A DNA stretch of 64,000 nucleotides from a virus (IMGVR_UViG_3300037455_000462:41908-105907); one strand, 5' to 3'; positions 48,990 through 58,621 are shown, numbered from the stretch's first letter. Numbers and translations are program-made. The notes: generated by a model not told the origin, from the letters alone.

Positions 48990-50894
48990 ATGGTAAACGG
49001 CAACAAGACAACGGCTAACAACGACCAACTTCTGATAAGTGTCAAGACCCCGTATAACGGTGTGTCGAAGGTCAACTCATACTCCGCTTCAGTGAAAGGG
49101 GAAACCGAATCCCTATATTACAGAAAGGAGTTCAGATGGTCTTATGACGGCATATTGTACAATGATTGGCGAGAACTGACAAACGACAATCTGCGTGTTT
49201 TGCTGCCCGACCCCGCGAAACCGTTTTACCCGCAGTACAAATTCACGCAGGTCGGTGACGGCGAACTTGAATTTGAGAGCATCGCGCTTGAAGTCGTGTC
49301 GAAAGAGGGAATAATCAACAACATACCGCTTTGCGGAATAAGCGACAACGAAGCCTGCTGCGGTCAGCAGAACTTGGTGTTCGATTGCTGTGGCGGCGGA
49401 TTCAACCCATACGCCCTCGGAAACTCGGCGTTCATATACTCGCAGTTGTCGCAGGTTGTTTCCAATATGTTCGGTTTCTGCGTTCAATATTACAAGACAA
49501 GCGCAGACCAACGCTCGAAGGACGTTGTGCTTCACGAATACTCGCTGCTCAATGTCATAGCGGAAGGCAGTATCAAGATAGTGATACCCGACAACCAACT
49601 TCCGAGCAGGGAAATCAACTTCAACCCGCTTATGATGGACTACCCGACAGTGTTCGAGGTGCATATCGTTAAAAACGGGTTCAGACAAGTGTTCGGTCAA
49701 GACTCCAAACCCGAAGTCGGTGACTATCTGTATTTCGAGCAGTATATGAACAAGATGTACGAGATAAACGCTGTTTCCGAAACGGACGATTATCTGTACA
49801 GCGGTTCGTATTGGAGAGTGAGCCTCGTTCAGTATCAAAAGAAAGCGTCCGTGAAGTTCGAGGATAAGCAGTTTGAAGAGGAAGTTGACACGCTCATATT
49901 CAATATGGACAAGTTCAACATCGAAGCCGAGAACGAGGAAAAGGATGCAAGAAAACCCGACCAATACAACACAATCGGAACAAACGAGAATGATTATGTC
50001 AGAAGACTTCTCGACAAGAAACTGCATATCGGCACAGACCCGCTTTATAACAATTGGACTATGATTTCCAAGTCTTATTACGCATTGAAGTCAATCGAGC
50101 GCGGAAACATCGCCTTGCAATACCGATACAACAGAGGTTGGGACAGCGAGGAGCGTATGTTCACTTTTTGGATAAGACCGAAATACACGAACACGAAGAA
50201 TATCAGCAGGCGAATTGAAGCCATTGTTGATGTTGACGGCTATATGGGTCTGAAGGTTGACAACACAGCCGTTTTTGTTGCAGGCACTTATCTCAACCTA
50301 ACGGGTACTGACTATCCGAAGTTTGTCAAGATAACGGGTATTGTTGATGACGTTCTTGTTACGAACCAAATCTATGTTGACGATTGTATGAAAAATGCGG
50401 TTGCGACACAGATTTCGAGTAATAATTTCTTGTATTCCGAGGGCGGCTTCAATCTCATACAGACACCGAACAGTTTCATTGTGTCAATCAACGGGGATGA
50501 ACATATATTCAATTTCGGAAGCGAGTTGGTTATGAACGCTGACGAATGGTATGGCATCGTTCTCGCTGTCAAGCCCGAAGACAAGAAACTCGGACTTTGG
50601 GTTTATCCTCTTGGCAAGGGCGACAGAAATTTACGCAGTATGGATTCAACGATAGACCTCAAATACTATAAGACAATAGGATGCAAGGGTGATATGAGCG
50701 TTGATGACGGATATTGGGGGTTGCTTGGCTGTGAACTTGACATAACTAACATAAGGATATGGAACGAGATTTGCGAAGAGAGCCTGCACAACATCATACT
50801 GTCGCAGTATGTCGTAAAGGATTCTCACCTTTGCGAACTTGTTGACAACGCGCAGCCCGAACTTCTGATTGACCGTGTTACCAATCCGAGGTAA
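48990..50894 (+). CDS. Virion structural protein (possibly gp14-like neck domain)
   Basis: Follows tape measure gene; YYKT...DVVLHEY and FG...PEVGDYLY patterns. Confidence 0.5.
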   Translation: MVNGNKTTANNDQLLISVKTPYNGVSKVNSYSASVKGETESLYYRKEFRWSYDGILYNDWRELTNDNLRVLLPDPAKPFYPQYKFTQVGDGELEFESIALEVVSKEGIINNIPLCGISDNEACCGQQNLVFDCCGGGFNPYALGNSAFIYSQLSQVVSNMFGFCVQYYKTSADQRSKDVVLHEYSLLNVIAEGSIKIVIPDNQLPSREINFNPLMMDYPTVFEVHIVKNGFRQVFGQDSKPEVGDYLYFEQYMNKMYEINAVSETDDYLYSGSYWRVSLVQYQKKASVKFEDKQFEEEVDTLIFNMDKFNIEAENEEKDARKPDQYNTIGTNENDYVRRLLDKKLHIGTDPLYNNWTMISKSYYALKSIERGNIALQYRYNRGWDSEERMFTFWIRPKYTNTKNISRRIEAIVDVDGYMGLKVDNTAVFVAGTYLNLTGTDYPKFVKITGIVDDVLVTNQIYVDDCMKNAVATQISSNNFLYSEGGFNLIQTPNSFIVSINGDEHIFNFGSELVMNADEWYGIVLAVKPEDKKLGLWVYPLGKGDRNLRSMDSTIDLKYYKTIGCKGDMSVDDGYWGLLGCELDITNIRIWNEICEESLHNIILSQYVVKDSHLCELVDNAQPELLIDRVTNPR

Positions 50895-50927
50895 TAATTA
50901 TAAATAATATAATATAAGCAAACAAAT

Positions 50928-52880
50928 ATGCCAACTGATGTAGCATTAAGCGAACTCATATTGAACATATTGTCAAAGGCGCAGTATGAATCAATACAAA
51001 ACCCATCGTCAGACGAATTATATCTGACACCGATATTGTTGGATTCCGTTCCCACAAGTGGGAGTATGAATCTTGTATCATCAAACGGTGTACTTGAAGC
51101 GTTGAATTTAATGTCATTGCTTGGACTCTCTGATGTTTCACTTCAGAATTCGGACGATAGCGAAATTTTGTCATTTGATGTGTTACAAAACAAATGGACT
51201 AATATTTTTTTAAAAACCATAGGAAATGAATCGCTACTTGGTTATGGAAATATAAAAACCAATAACGATTTTTCAAAAGTTCAGTCGTTGACATCTGATA
51301 TAGATATGAGCGAGGTTTACGGCAGTGTATCATATAACAACTCGAATGTGATGTTTAGTGCTAAAAACTCATTCACGGTATATGTTGATACTTTTGCAAA
51401 TAATGAAAATGTTTTTATTTTGATGAATATTTCGTCATCAACAATAACATATACATTTAATTTTTCATCACTTCTGGTTTCTTCTATTTTTGGTGACGGC
51501 GGAACATTGTCTGGGTATAATTTATCAATACCAATTCCGTCTAATTCTTCTGTATTATTAACATACAGAATATTTCCAAATGAATGTGTGTCATATAGTG
51601 TTTTTGACTATAATATCACAAATGTTTTAGTGGAAGATAGTGTCTTGGATGATGACACTGTAGCCCTCGTGTTCAAGAACGACTCAACGGGCGATTTGAG
51701 GTTTTTCGACATAGATGACGCTGCAATCTACCCGCCCGTGTTCAGCGGCTACACAATCCAACCTTATGTAAGATTTACTCGTAACAAGAACGGCAAAAGT
51801 GTTGTGATTCACAAAACTAATTTTTCATCTCGCCGTTGGGGTGAATTTAACAGATATCGTTTGTATTGTGATACTTCTGTTAGTGGCGGCTTTGATTGGA
51901 TTGTAAAAATAAATGGTACAAATAAAAGTGGAACTGTATCGTGGAATGTTGGTGATACACTTGATAGTATAGTCACACAGTTAAATACGGGCAGGGTTGA
52001 TACATACCTTACATTCACCCACAATACTGATGAGTCATTCATCCGCATCGTGAAGGGTGGCTATTCGAGTTCGGCATTCACGATTTCCAACGTCAGCAAC
52101 GCAACGCTTGAGGACTTGAGCCTCTACACGAGGGTAGGCGGGGTTCAGCAGTCGGAGTCCCATAGGGAATGGCAGGCGCAGACCGTGGAGTCTATGTTCC
52201 CGAACAGCGGATTCCTGCCCGCCAACACAGCGCAATACGCGCAGAACGGTTACAACCTCTCGTACAGATGCGGTGCTAACCTCGCAAAATACAAGTCCTA
52301 TTGGCGCACCAACGGCAGCGCGTCCTATGTCGCAGAAAGCAGTGTCGGCAGGATGAGCGAGGCGGGATTCAACAGTCTCAACGGAAGTTCAACGCCTGCG
52401 TATCAAGCCCTCTATGACAAATACCAAGGCTCTTGGGACAACTATATGGAGGCGGGTATGGTTCAGATAGACGACACCCATACGGGAGGCATAGAATACC
52501 AATCCTACGACAACGGTGACGTGCAGAACGCATTCCTCGCCTCCGTGGAGACGATGACTTTTGACGGCTCGTACATCCACGCCTTCCCCGCAGCCTACGC
52601 AGCCGCGTCAGTCGCGGATTCAGACCTCGGCGCGTTCCATCTTCCAACGAACCACGAGATTGCCGTGTTTATGCGGGATGACGCGATGGCTAAAATAAAC
52701 ACTGCGTTCTCCTATCTGTCTTCCGCCAATGCGTTGAGCAACGGGGGATATTATTGGTCTGTTGCCCAGTATTCGAGTTACAACAGTTGGTTCTACTACG
52801 GCGGCACTGGTGCATTGCCTAACCGCACCAAGTCCTACACTTACTCGGCCCGCGCGTTGGCTTACCTACCCCTATCTTGA
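50928..52880 (+). CDS. Tail fibre/receptor-binding protein with C-type-lectin-fold DGR variable region
   Basis: FHLPTNHE...YYWSVAQY...SW...ARAL C-terminus; late promoter at 50899-50906; hairpin downstream. Confidence 0.75.
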   Translation: MPTDVALSELILNILSKAQYESIQNPSSDELYLTPILLDSVPTSGSMNLVSSNGVLEALNLMSLLGLSDVSLQNSDDSEILSFDVLQNKWTNIFLKTIGNESLLGYGNIKTNNDFSKVQSLTSDIDMSEVYGSVSYNNSNVMFSAKNSFTVYVDTFANNENVFILMNISSSTITYTFNFSSLLVSSIFGDGGTLSGYNLSIPIPSNSSVLLTYRIFPNECVSYSVFDYNITNVLVEDSVLDDDTVALVFKNDSTGDLRFFDIDDAAIYPPVFSGYTIQPYVRFTRNKNGKSVVIHKTNFSSRRWGEFNRYRLYCDTSVSGGFDWIVKINGTNKSGTVSWNVGDTLDSIVTQLNTGRVDTYLTFTHNTDESFIRIVKGGYSSSAFTISNVSNATLEDLSLYTRVGGVQQSESHREWQAQTVESMFPNSGFLPANTAQYAQNGYNLSYRCGANLAKYKSYWRTNGSASYVAESSVGRMSEAGFNSLNGSSTPAYQALYDKYQGSWDNYMEAGMVQIDDTHTGGIEYQSYDNGDVQNAFLASVETMTFDGSYIHAFPAAYAAASVADSDLGAFHLPTNHEIAVFMRDDAMAKINTAFSYLSSANALSNGGYYWSVAQYSSYNSWFYYGGTGALPNRTKSYTYSARALAYLPLS

Positions 52881-52897
52881 TTCTTGTCCGATTTTTG

Positions 52898-52923
52898 GCG
52901 ACCGACCGCTGTCGGTCGGTCGC
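52898..52923 (+). other. GC-rich 11-bp hairpin with 4-nt loop, DGR target-recognition type
   Basis: GCGACCGACCG-CTGT-CGGTCGGTCGC starting 18 nt after the stop codon. Confidence 0.7.
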
Positions 52924-52953
52924 GGACAATTTTTTGAATAAACTCTCATTTTT

Positions 52954-52984
52954 AATAAAGCCCGTTAATTCGGGCTTTATTTTT
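52954..52984 (+). terminator. Rho-independent terminator
   Basis: AATAAAGCCCG...CGGGCTTTATT followed by Ts. Confidence 0.7.
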
Positions 52985-53045
52985 ATAGTTTAAGTATATT
53001 TGTGATTTTTTTATTATATTAGTTTGTAACCAAAAATTTAGAATT

Positions 53046-53759
53046 ATGGATTTGAAAGGACTAATGGCGGTTCAAGTGCCGCAAAAAACAAGAACTTACG
53101 CCCCGATTTCTTACGAGGAAATTCACAATTCCATTATGGAAAACATTGAGCGTAACAACTTTGTACTCAACGGAACATCCGTCCGCACCCGCAATGGTGC
53201 TGATGCTGTCGTTATGTATGACCTTGGCGACAAACTCGCCAAGGAGGACAGCAAGGAACTCGGAATCCGTGTAGGATTCAAGAACTCGTACAACCGAAGG
53301 GTCAGTTTCGGTTTTGCCATCGGCAGCGTTGTGTTCATCTGCACAAACGGTATGGTTAGCGGCGAGTATATGATTAAGAAGCAGCATCGTATGAACGACT
53401 TGAACGTCTATGTCACCGACCTCATCGGTCAGTATTTCTCCCAAGTCCGTTACGAGCATACTCGGAACATTATGTTTATGAACGACTTGAAGCAGCAGAG
53501 GGTTGACCGTGCGGTCGCCTCCCGCGTAATCGGTGACTTGTTCACGAACAACAGAATCATCAACCAAGGTCAGTTGCGTAAAATGGCTGACGAAATCTAC
53601 CATTCCACGAATTTCGGCAATCTGACCGACAACGAAACAATCAGTGGTTGGGATTTGTACAACCACGGAACTGAAGCATTAAAAACATCGGCTAATGTCA
53701 ACTACTTTGCAAAACATACAACCTACAACGATTATTTCAGAGGATATTTTGGAATCTGA
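53046..53759 (+). CDS. DUF932-like protein
   Basis: NSYN...G..VFICTNGMV motif. Confidence 0.7.
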   Translation: MDLKGLMAVQVPQKTRTYAPISYEEIHNSIMENIERNNFVLNGTSVRTRNGADAVVMYDLGDKLAKEDSKELGIRVGFKNSYNRRVSFGFAIGSVVFICTNGMVSGEYMIKKQHRMNDLNVYVTDLIGQYFSQVRYEHTRNIMFMNDLKQQRVDRAVASRVIGDLFTNNRIINQGQLRKMADEIYHSTNFGNLTDNETISGWDLYNHGTEALKTSANVNYFAKHTTYNDYFRGYFGI

Positions 53760-53915
53760 AATAAACGACCTCATTGACAAGTTGGACAAGCCGAAGGGAA
53801 CGCTCAAACTTATGAATGACGCTCTCTTCGGCTGCGACTTGGAAGATGTTGATTTTGACGGTTGTGATATGGAAGTAGAGCCGAAAGAAAAGGAAAAACC
53901 AACAATAACGTATAT

Positions 53916-55052
53916 ATGATGTACACATTGCTTATAGACGGACACAACTTTTTGTTCAGAACGATGTATGTGTTTCCGAGCAAGAAAGGCGAACTTATGC
54001 TTTCGACTGACGAATCTCGGAAATTGTATGTGTCCAAACTCGAACAGAATCTCAATGCTGTTCTCCGCGACTTGGAGAATATCGTTGACAGATGCGTGTT
54101 CATTATGGACTCGGCTTCTTGGAGAAAGTCGATAGAGTCCGATGTCGATTACAAGGGAACTCGCCATCAAGATGAAACCGTTGATTTCAACGGTCTTGAC
54201 AAGTGTGTAGCCGAATTCACGGAGATTGTGAAAAACTACAACGTGACGGTTTCCAAGACAAAGAAAGCGGAGGCTGACGACCTTATATTCTATTGGTCTA
54301 ACGTCCTCACGGCAAAGGGGATTCCCGTGATTATGTACACGAGTGACAAGGATATGCTCCAACTTGTGCGCAGCGTGAACGGCGTTCCGTCAGTCCTATA
54401 TTCTGATGTCACTAAAAAAATGTACACCCCGAAGGATTTTCTGAAAGGAAAGGATGTTTCGGAAACCATTTACGAGGCGTTTACAAACAAGCACAAGATT
54501 GATGTGTTTGATGAAAAAACGCAGTTCGAGTATCTCTTGAAGAAACGCAGTCTTGAAATGATTGAAGTCGATGCTGACGAGTGTCTTTTCACAAAGGTCA
54601 TTGTCGGCGACAAATCCGATAATATCTCGTCAATTTATTCATATGTCAAGAATGGGAAAACATATAACGTGACGGAGAAGAAAGCGGAGAAAATCCTTGA
54701 GAATTTCAAGGATAAGGTCGGCGGTCTGAATGCCGAATACCTATTTCTTGACGATACCGTGAACGCCCTTGCGCAATCCTGCTGCGAGGTTGTCGGCGTT
54801 GACTGTGCTGACAAGATAGCGGAGAATATCAGACGGAATACTAAATTCATCGTGCTGAATAGGAATGTGATTCCAGAGGATGTGGTTGAGGGAATGCACG
54901 AGGATGTCAAGGTTCTCGCAAAAACTATGCGCAGGGTCAAATACAACGCCTTGAAACCGCAGGAATCCGTTGTCAAGAAAACGGAGAGGATTTTCAAAGG
55001 TGTTGATGATTCCGATATGTCGTTTATCAAAGAAAAGAAAACACTGTTCTGA
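53916..55052 (+). CDS. 5'-3' exonuclease / T4 RNase H-like
   Basis: LIDGHN, YKGTR, EADD, SDKDMLQL, GDKSDNI. Confidence 0.92.
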   Translation: MMYTLLIDGHNFLFRTMYVFPSKKGELMLSTDESRKLYVSKLEQNLNAVLRDLENIVDRCVFIMDSASWRKSIESDVDYKGTRHQDETVDFNGLDKCVAEFTEIVKNYNVTVSKTKKAEADDLIFYWSNVLTAKGIPVIMYTSDKDMLQLVRSVNGVPSVLYSDVTKKMYTPKDFLKGKDVSETIYEAFTNKHKIDVFDEKTQFEYLLKKRSLEMIEVDADECLFTKVIVGDKSDNISSIYSYVKNGKTYNVTEKKAEKILENFKDKVGGLNAEYLFLDDTVNALAQSCCEVVGVDCADKIAENIRRNTKFIVLNRNVIPEDVVEGMHEDVKVLAKTMRRVKYNALKPQESVVKKTERIFKGVDDSDMSFIKEKKTLF

Positions 55053-55582
55053 TGAAAAAGTATGATGAATTTGTAGCGGAAAAAAACTACAATAAGTACA
55101 AGTCCAACAAGTATGAAGATGAGGTGAAGTCAGCCGTGTACGACTATGTTAGCGGATTGACATCATCGGTCAATGACGATTTGAGAAAAGGAAAGGAAGT
55201 CCCGTCAATCACGAATGTTTTGGACAAAGCGTTTGTTGAACGGAAAAAATTGGATGTTTATCGTACCGTTGATTGGTCGTATATGGAAAATGTGTACGGG
55301 ATAACGGAGGAAAACATCAAGGATAAAATCGGAAGCGAGATAACCAACAAAGGCTATATGTCAACGGCAAGCATTATGGAATCCCCTTGGGGCAGCAAAT
55401 GGTCGGAGAATGAGTTGGTTGTGCATATAGTCAGCGACAAAGAATACCCTTGTGTTGACATAAACAAGATGTTTGACGCGGATGAGATTGATTGCGAGGA
55501 ACAAATGGAAATTCTTGTTCCGAGAAACACGACAATCCGCTTGGTTGACGCTGAAAAAAAAGTTTGGCGGCAAGTTCTGTGA
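55052..55582 (+). CDS. VIP2/Alt-like ADP-ribosyltransferase, probably frameshifted near the C-terminus
   Basis: VYR, GYMSTAS, EQMEILVPR; N-terminus MKKYDEFVAE. Confidence 0.8.
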   Translation: MKKYDEFVAEKNYNKYKSNKYEDEVKSAVYDYVSGLTSSVNDDLRKGKEVPSITNVLDKAFVERKKLDVYRTVDWSYMENVYGITEENIKDKIGSEITNKGYMSTASIMESPWGSKWSENELVVHIVSDKEYPCVDINKMFDADEIDCEEQMEILVPRNTTIRLVDAEKKVWRQVL

Positions 55583-55632
55583 GAACGGGAATTGGTTTAT
55601 TGAAGCAAAAATTGTATAACAAAATTCATATT

Positions 55633-56193
55633 ATGAAAAAGTTTTTATCAACAGCATTTTTGGTGGTGGCGTTCTTTATGATGTTTCTGTCTATCACAGC
55701 CCTTGTGAAAGACAGAATGGAATACGCCACTATCTTTACGGTTGCCTCTATGGTGGCACTTATTATCGTCAATGTCGTGACATACATTGACGTGTTGGGT
55801 ATGGAAAAGGAATCGAAAAGTATGAAAGACGAATTCGATGGATTGAAGAAAGCACTTTTCCCGCAGGAAAACCAAGCCGACTACATCAAGAAGGTGTTGG
55901 ACAGCATCCCATACGCCGCCCGTGCGGAGATTCAGAAGCAGAACAGAGAGAACGAGTCCGCTCTCGGCAGGGATGTATGCTGCATACAAACAAAGTTGGG
56001 CGGATATACCGATGACGAGATTGTCGAACTCTACAAGTGCGGCGCACTTCCCCAAACCGATTCTGGCGTTGACTACAACCGCCTCAAGAAGATTTCTTCC
56101 GCAAGGGGTATTTGCTTCAAAGGCATAACCATTGAAGAGAAAGAAGCGGTCGTGGAAAACGATAACGGAATGGAAAACAAACCCGCTGAATAG
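55633..56193 (+). CDS. Membrane protein with two N-terminal hydrophobic helices
   Basis: Start placed at MKKFLS. Confidence 0.65.
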   Translation: MKKFLSTAFLVVAFFMMFLSITALVKDRMEYATIFTVASMVALIIVNVVTYIDVLGMEKESKSMKDEFDGLKKALFPQENQADYIKKVLDSIPYAARAEIQKQNRENESALGRDVCCIQTKLGGYTDDEIVELYKCGALPQTDSGVDYNRLKKISSARGICFKGITIEEKEAVVENDNGMENKPAE

Positions 56194-56201
56194 GAGGCAT
56201 T

Positions 56202-56642
56202 ATGGAACTGTTCGATTATATTAAACTTTTGTTTGACCGCTCGAAACAGAAAGAGTGGGAAGACCTTGAAGTCAGCGAGAAGGTCAAATACCAATTTATG
56301 CTTAACCGCTTTATGGGAATCCGTTACCCGACATACGCGCAGCAGTTGAACATTGTGAAAACCGATGGTCTCGGCGTGGCTGAAGTTTGGCGTGCTGTCG
56401 CTTCGAGGTTCTATAAAGGTGTTCCAAAATTCATCTATACAAAAACGGCGAAAGGCGAGAAGGCTAATAATCCGCTCGCCAATGTTTCCAAAGAGGCGAT
56501 AAGCATTTGGTGCGACCGCAACGAATGCGGTCTCCGCGAACTCAAAGAGCATTTGGACTTTGACCCCAAGCGCACGCTTGACGAGTTGAAATACATTGAA
56601 AAAAACTATATTGTCAAAGAAAATAAGAAAGAAAATGAATGA
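56202..56642 (+). CDS. Clamp loader small subunit (gp62-like)
   Basis: LFDYIK...FMLNRFMG pattern, size and replication context. Confidence 0.55.
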   Translation: MELFDYIKLLFDRSKQKEWEDLEVSEKVKYQFMLNRFMGIRYPTYAQQLNIVKTDGLGVAEVWRAVASRFYKGVPKFIYTKTAKGEKANNPLANVSKEAISIWCDRNECGLRELKEHLDFDPKRTLDELKYIEKNYIVKENKKENE

Positions 56643-56862
56643 TTTTTTGAAATTTATGGTGATTTTTATGGTCGCCTTGGTCGTAGTGCCGATTCTCTCA
56701 TTTGTATTCGGCTATCTGCTTTATCTTGTGTGGAACAAGATTTTGGTTGACGTGGTTTCCGTGTTCAACGTAATGAGTTATTGGAAAGCGTATTTCTTGA
56801 CATTGGCTTGTTTGCTTCCGTCATCAGTAGGCTCGGTGTATAAATCATACAAAGATGAGTAA
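56635..56862 (+). CDS. Small membrane protein
   Basis: Hydrophobic 75-aa ORF. Confidence 0.6.
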   Translation: MNDFLKFMVIFMVALVVVPILSFVFGYLLYLVWNKILVDVVSVFNVMSYWKAYFLTLACLLPSSVGSVYKSYKDE

Positions 56863-57550
56863 TCCGCTTACGCCCAATGATGTGGCGAAAATGATGGTGA
56901 GCGTTTCGGAAATGGGATTTCGGCTTTACCCGAAATCCTATAAGACCGATGAACAGATTGTCAAGATACTGAAATTGAGGAATTCTCGGTTGATGTATCG
57001 AAACGAGTTTTTCGTGCTTCTCGAAATGCACTATGGCAGTGTGTCCAATTGGTTCGACTTGTTCAGAAAACGTTTCGGCGATTCGGTTTCGATAGACGAG
57101 CATTATGACGAATTGGTCGCCAATTTCTCATCACCCGAAATCATAGCGTATTACAATATCTACCCGAATTTGAGTTATTTCTTTTTCGAGTTGATGGACT
57201 GCGAGGACGAAAGGGACGGCAGGGTCAAGAACAAGACGGTTATGAACTTGCCAGACACCGAGATAAGGTCTATGTATGTCAACCTGCGAAACCTCTATAC
57301 GCAGGAAACGGTTGACAAACTCAACAAGTTCCTAATTGCGAAAAATATGATGACGGACAACGCTATGTTCAAGAAGCCCGCCGTGTTGAGCCTTGACATA
57401 CCAGCGTTGCTTGACCTTCTCGGCGAGTTTGTGGGTCGGTACAAGGACGAGAAGTTCGCTGACGAGATTTATTCGGCGATATCGTTTATCGACATAGACG
57501 AACTGTCAAAAGTCCGCATAACCCTGCTTACGGATTATCCACATTTATAA
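56855..57550 (+). CDS. Hypothetical protein
   Basis: 231-aa ORF in operon. Confidence 0.7.
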   Translation: MSNPLTPNDVAKMMVSVSEMGFRLYPKSYKTDEQIVKILKLRNSRLMYRNEFFVLLEMHYGSVSNWFDLFRKRFGDSVSIDEHYDELVANFSSPEIIAYYNIYPNLSYFFFELMDCEDERDGRVKNKTVMNLPDTEIRSMYVNLRNLYTQETVDKLNKFLIAKNMMTDNAMFKKPAVLSLDIPALLDLLGEFVGRYKDEKFADEIYSAISFIDIDELSKVRITLLTDYPHL

Positions 57551-57568
57551 ATAGGGAAATTTAATTGT

Positions 57569-58201
57569 ATGAAATTGTTATCTGATTATACAAATCCGAA
57601 GCAGGTAAAGGATAATTACGGAACTCACTCTGACGAATATCCCGACATAAACGAACTTGAGGACGGTATATACCGTGCGCTGTTCTATGCGTGGGTGTTT
57701 GAACTTGTTGACGGAAGGATGTTCAAGACACATTACGGTGTCAAACACGGAAGGCATTGTGCGAAAATGACAACATACCAAGTTGCAGGAGGGGAATTCA
57801 AGGAAGTCTCGTCATTTGAAAACGGTTGCACACAGCATATACTTGAATTGCCGAATGGCAAATATCTCGGCAGATGGTATGGCAGTTGCTTTGAATTGTC
57901 TGACGGCACTTGCTACAAAACCGATGTCGGTATAAGGTGCAGCCGCAAGTGCGCACCGTTGAAACCGTATGACGTGATTAACGGCGAACTGACTGAATCC
58001 ACGTTTGACAACGGATGCAAAATGCACATATCACAGTTGAAAGACGGCACATACAAAGGCAGATGGTACGCATATTGCTTTGAACTTGAAAACGGCGATT
58101 GCTATGCGACCGACATAGGTGTCCTTCGCAGCAGGGAACTCACGCCGCTTGGAACATATTCCGTAACAAACGGCGTTGTGAAAGAGTTGGAAATGTGCTG
58201 A
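57569..58201 (+). CDS. Late protein with three ~61-aa tandem repeats
   Basis: L.(D/N)G.Y...Y...FEL..G...T..G repeated three times; TATAAATA at 57546-57553. Confidence 0.75.
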   Translation: MKLLSDYTNPKQVKDNYGTHSDEYPDINELEDGIYRALFYAWVFELVDGRMFKTHYGVKHGRHCAKMTTYQVAGGEFKEVSSFENGCTQHILELPNGKYLGRWYGSCFELSDGTCYKTDVGIRCSRKCAPLKPYDVINGELTESTFDNGCKMHISQLKDGTYKGRWYAYCFELENGDCYATDIGVLRSRELTPLGTYSVTNGVVKELEMC

Positions 58202-58202
58202 A

Positions 58203-58236
58203 AAACAAAGGGCGGCATCAGCCGCCCTTTTTGTTT
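58203..58236. terminator. Bidirectional terminator
   Basis: AAAGGGCGGC-ATCA-GCCGCCCTTT between convergent genes. Confidence 0.8.
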
Positions 58237-58240
58237 GCCG

Positions 58241-58621
58241 TTAGTCTCTGTTCCTTTGTTTCCAAAACGAGCAGGTCATATCATATCTTGAAAACACGTC
58301 ATCAACGCTGCCCGCGCTGTGGCATATCAGTTGTCCTTCCAAAGTCCCGTATTCGGTTTCTATGGTGAGGTCGTATTTTCTGTATGCGGGTCTGTTGATG
58401 TCGGGTGAAGTGCCTGCGAAGTAGTTGTAGTACACGCCCGCGCTTGATATGACATCCTTGACACCCTTCACGGTGCGGAGTGCCGCTATGTGCGCTTGCG
58501 CGTTTTCCCAACCCATATCGCTGTAACTGTGCGTTGTGTATGGTTTTGACGCTGTGTAGAGTCTGTTGATTAACAGCGTGAGTTGGTAGTTGTTGTCTAT
58601 GCTGTTTTGTGTTGTGTTCAT
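58241..58621 (-). CDS. Hypothetical protein
   Basis: 126-aa ORF. Confidence 0.65.
   Translation of the reverse strand: MNTTQNSIDNNYQLTLLINRLYTASKPYTTHSYSDMGWENAQAHIAALRTVKGVKDVISSAGVYYNYFAGTSPDINRPAYRKYDLTIETEYGTLEGQLICHSAGSVDDVFSRYDMTCSFWKQRNRD

Noticed and set aside
53695-53919. Small acidic ORF before the RNase H-like gene
   Set aside because: Start is ambiguous and overlaps the upstream gene; no motif supports it.
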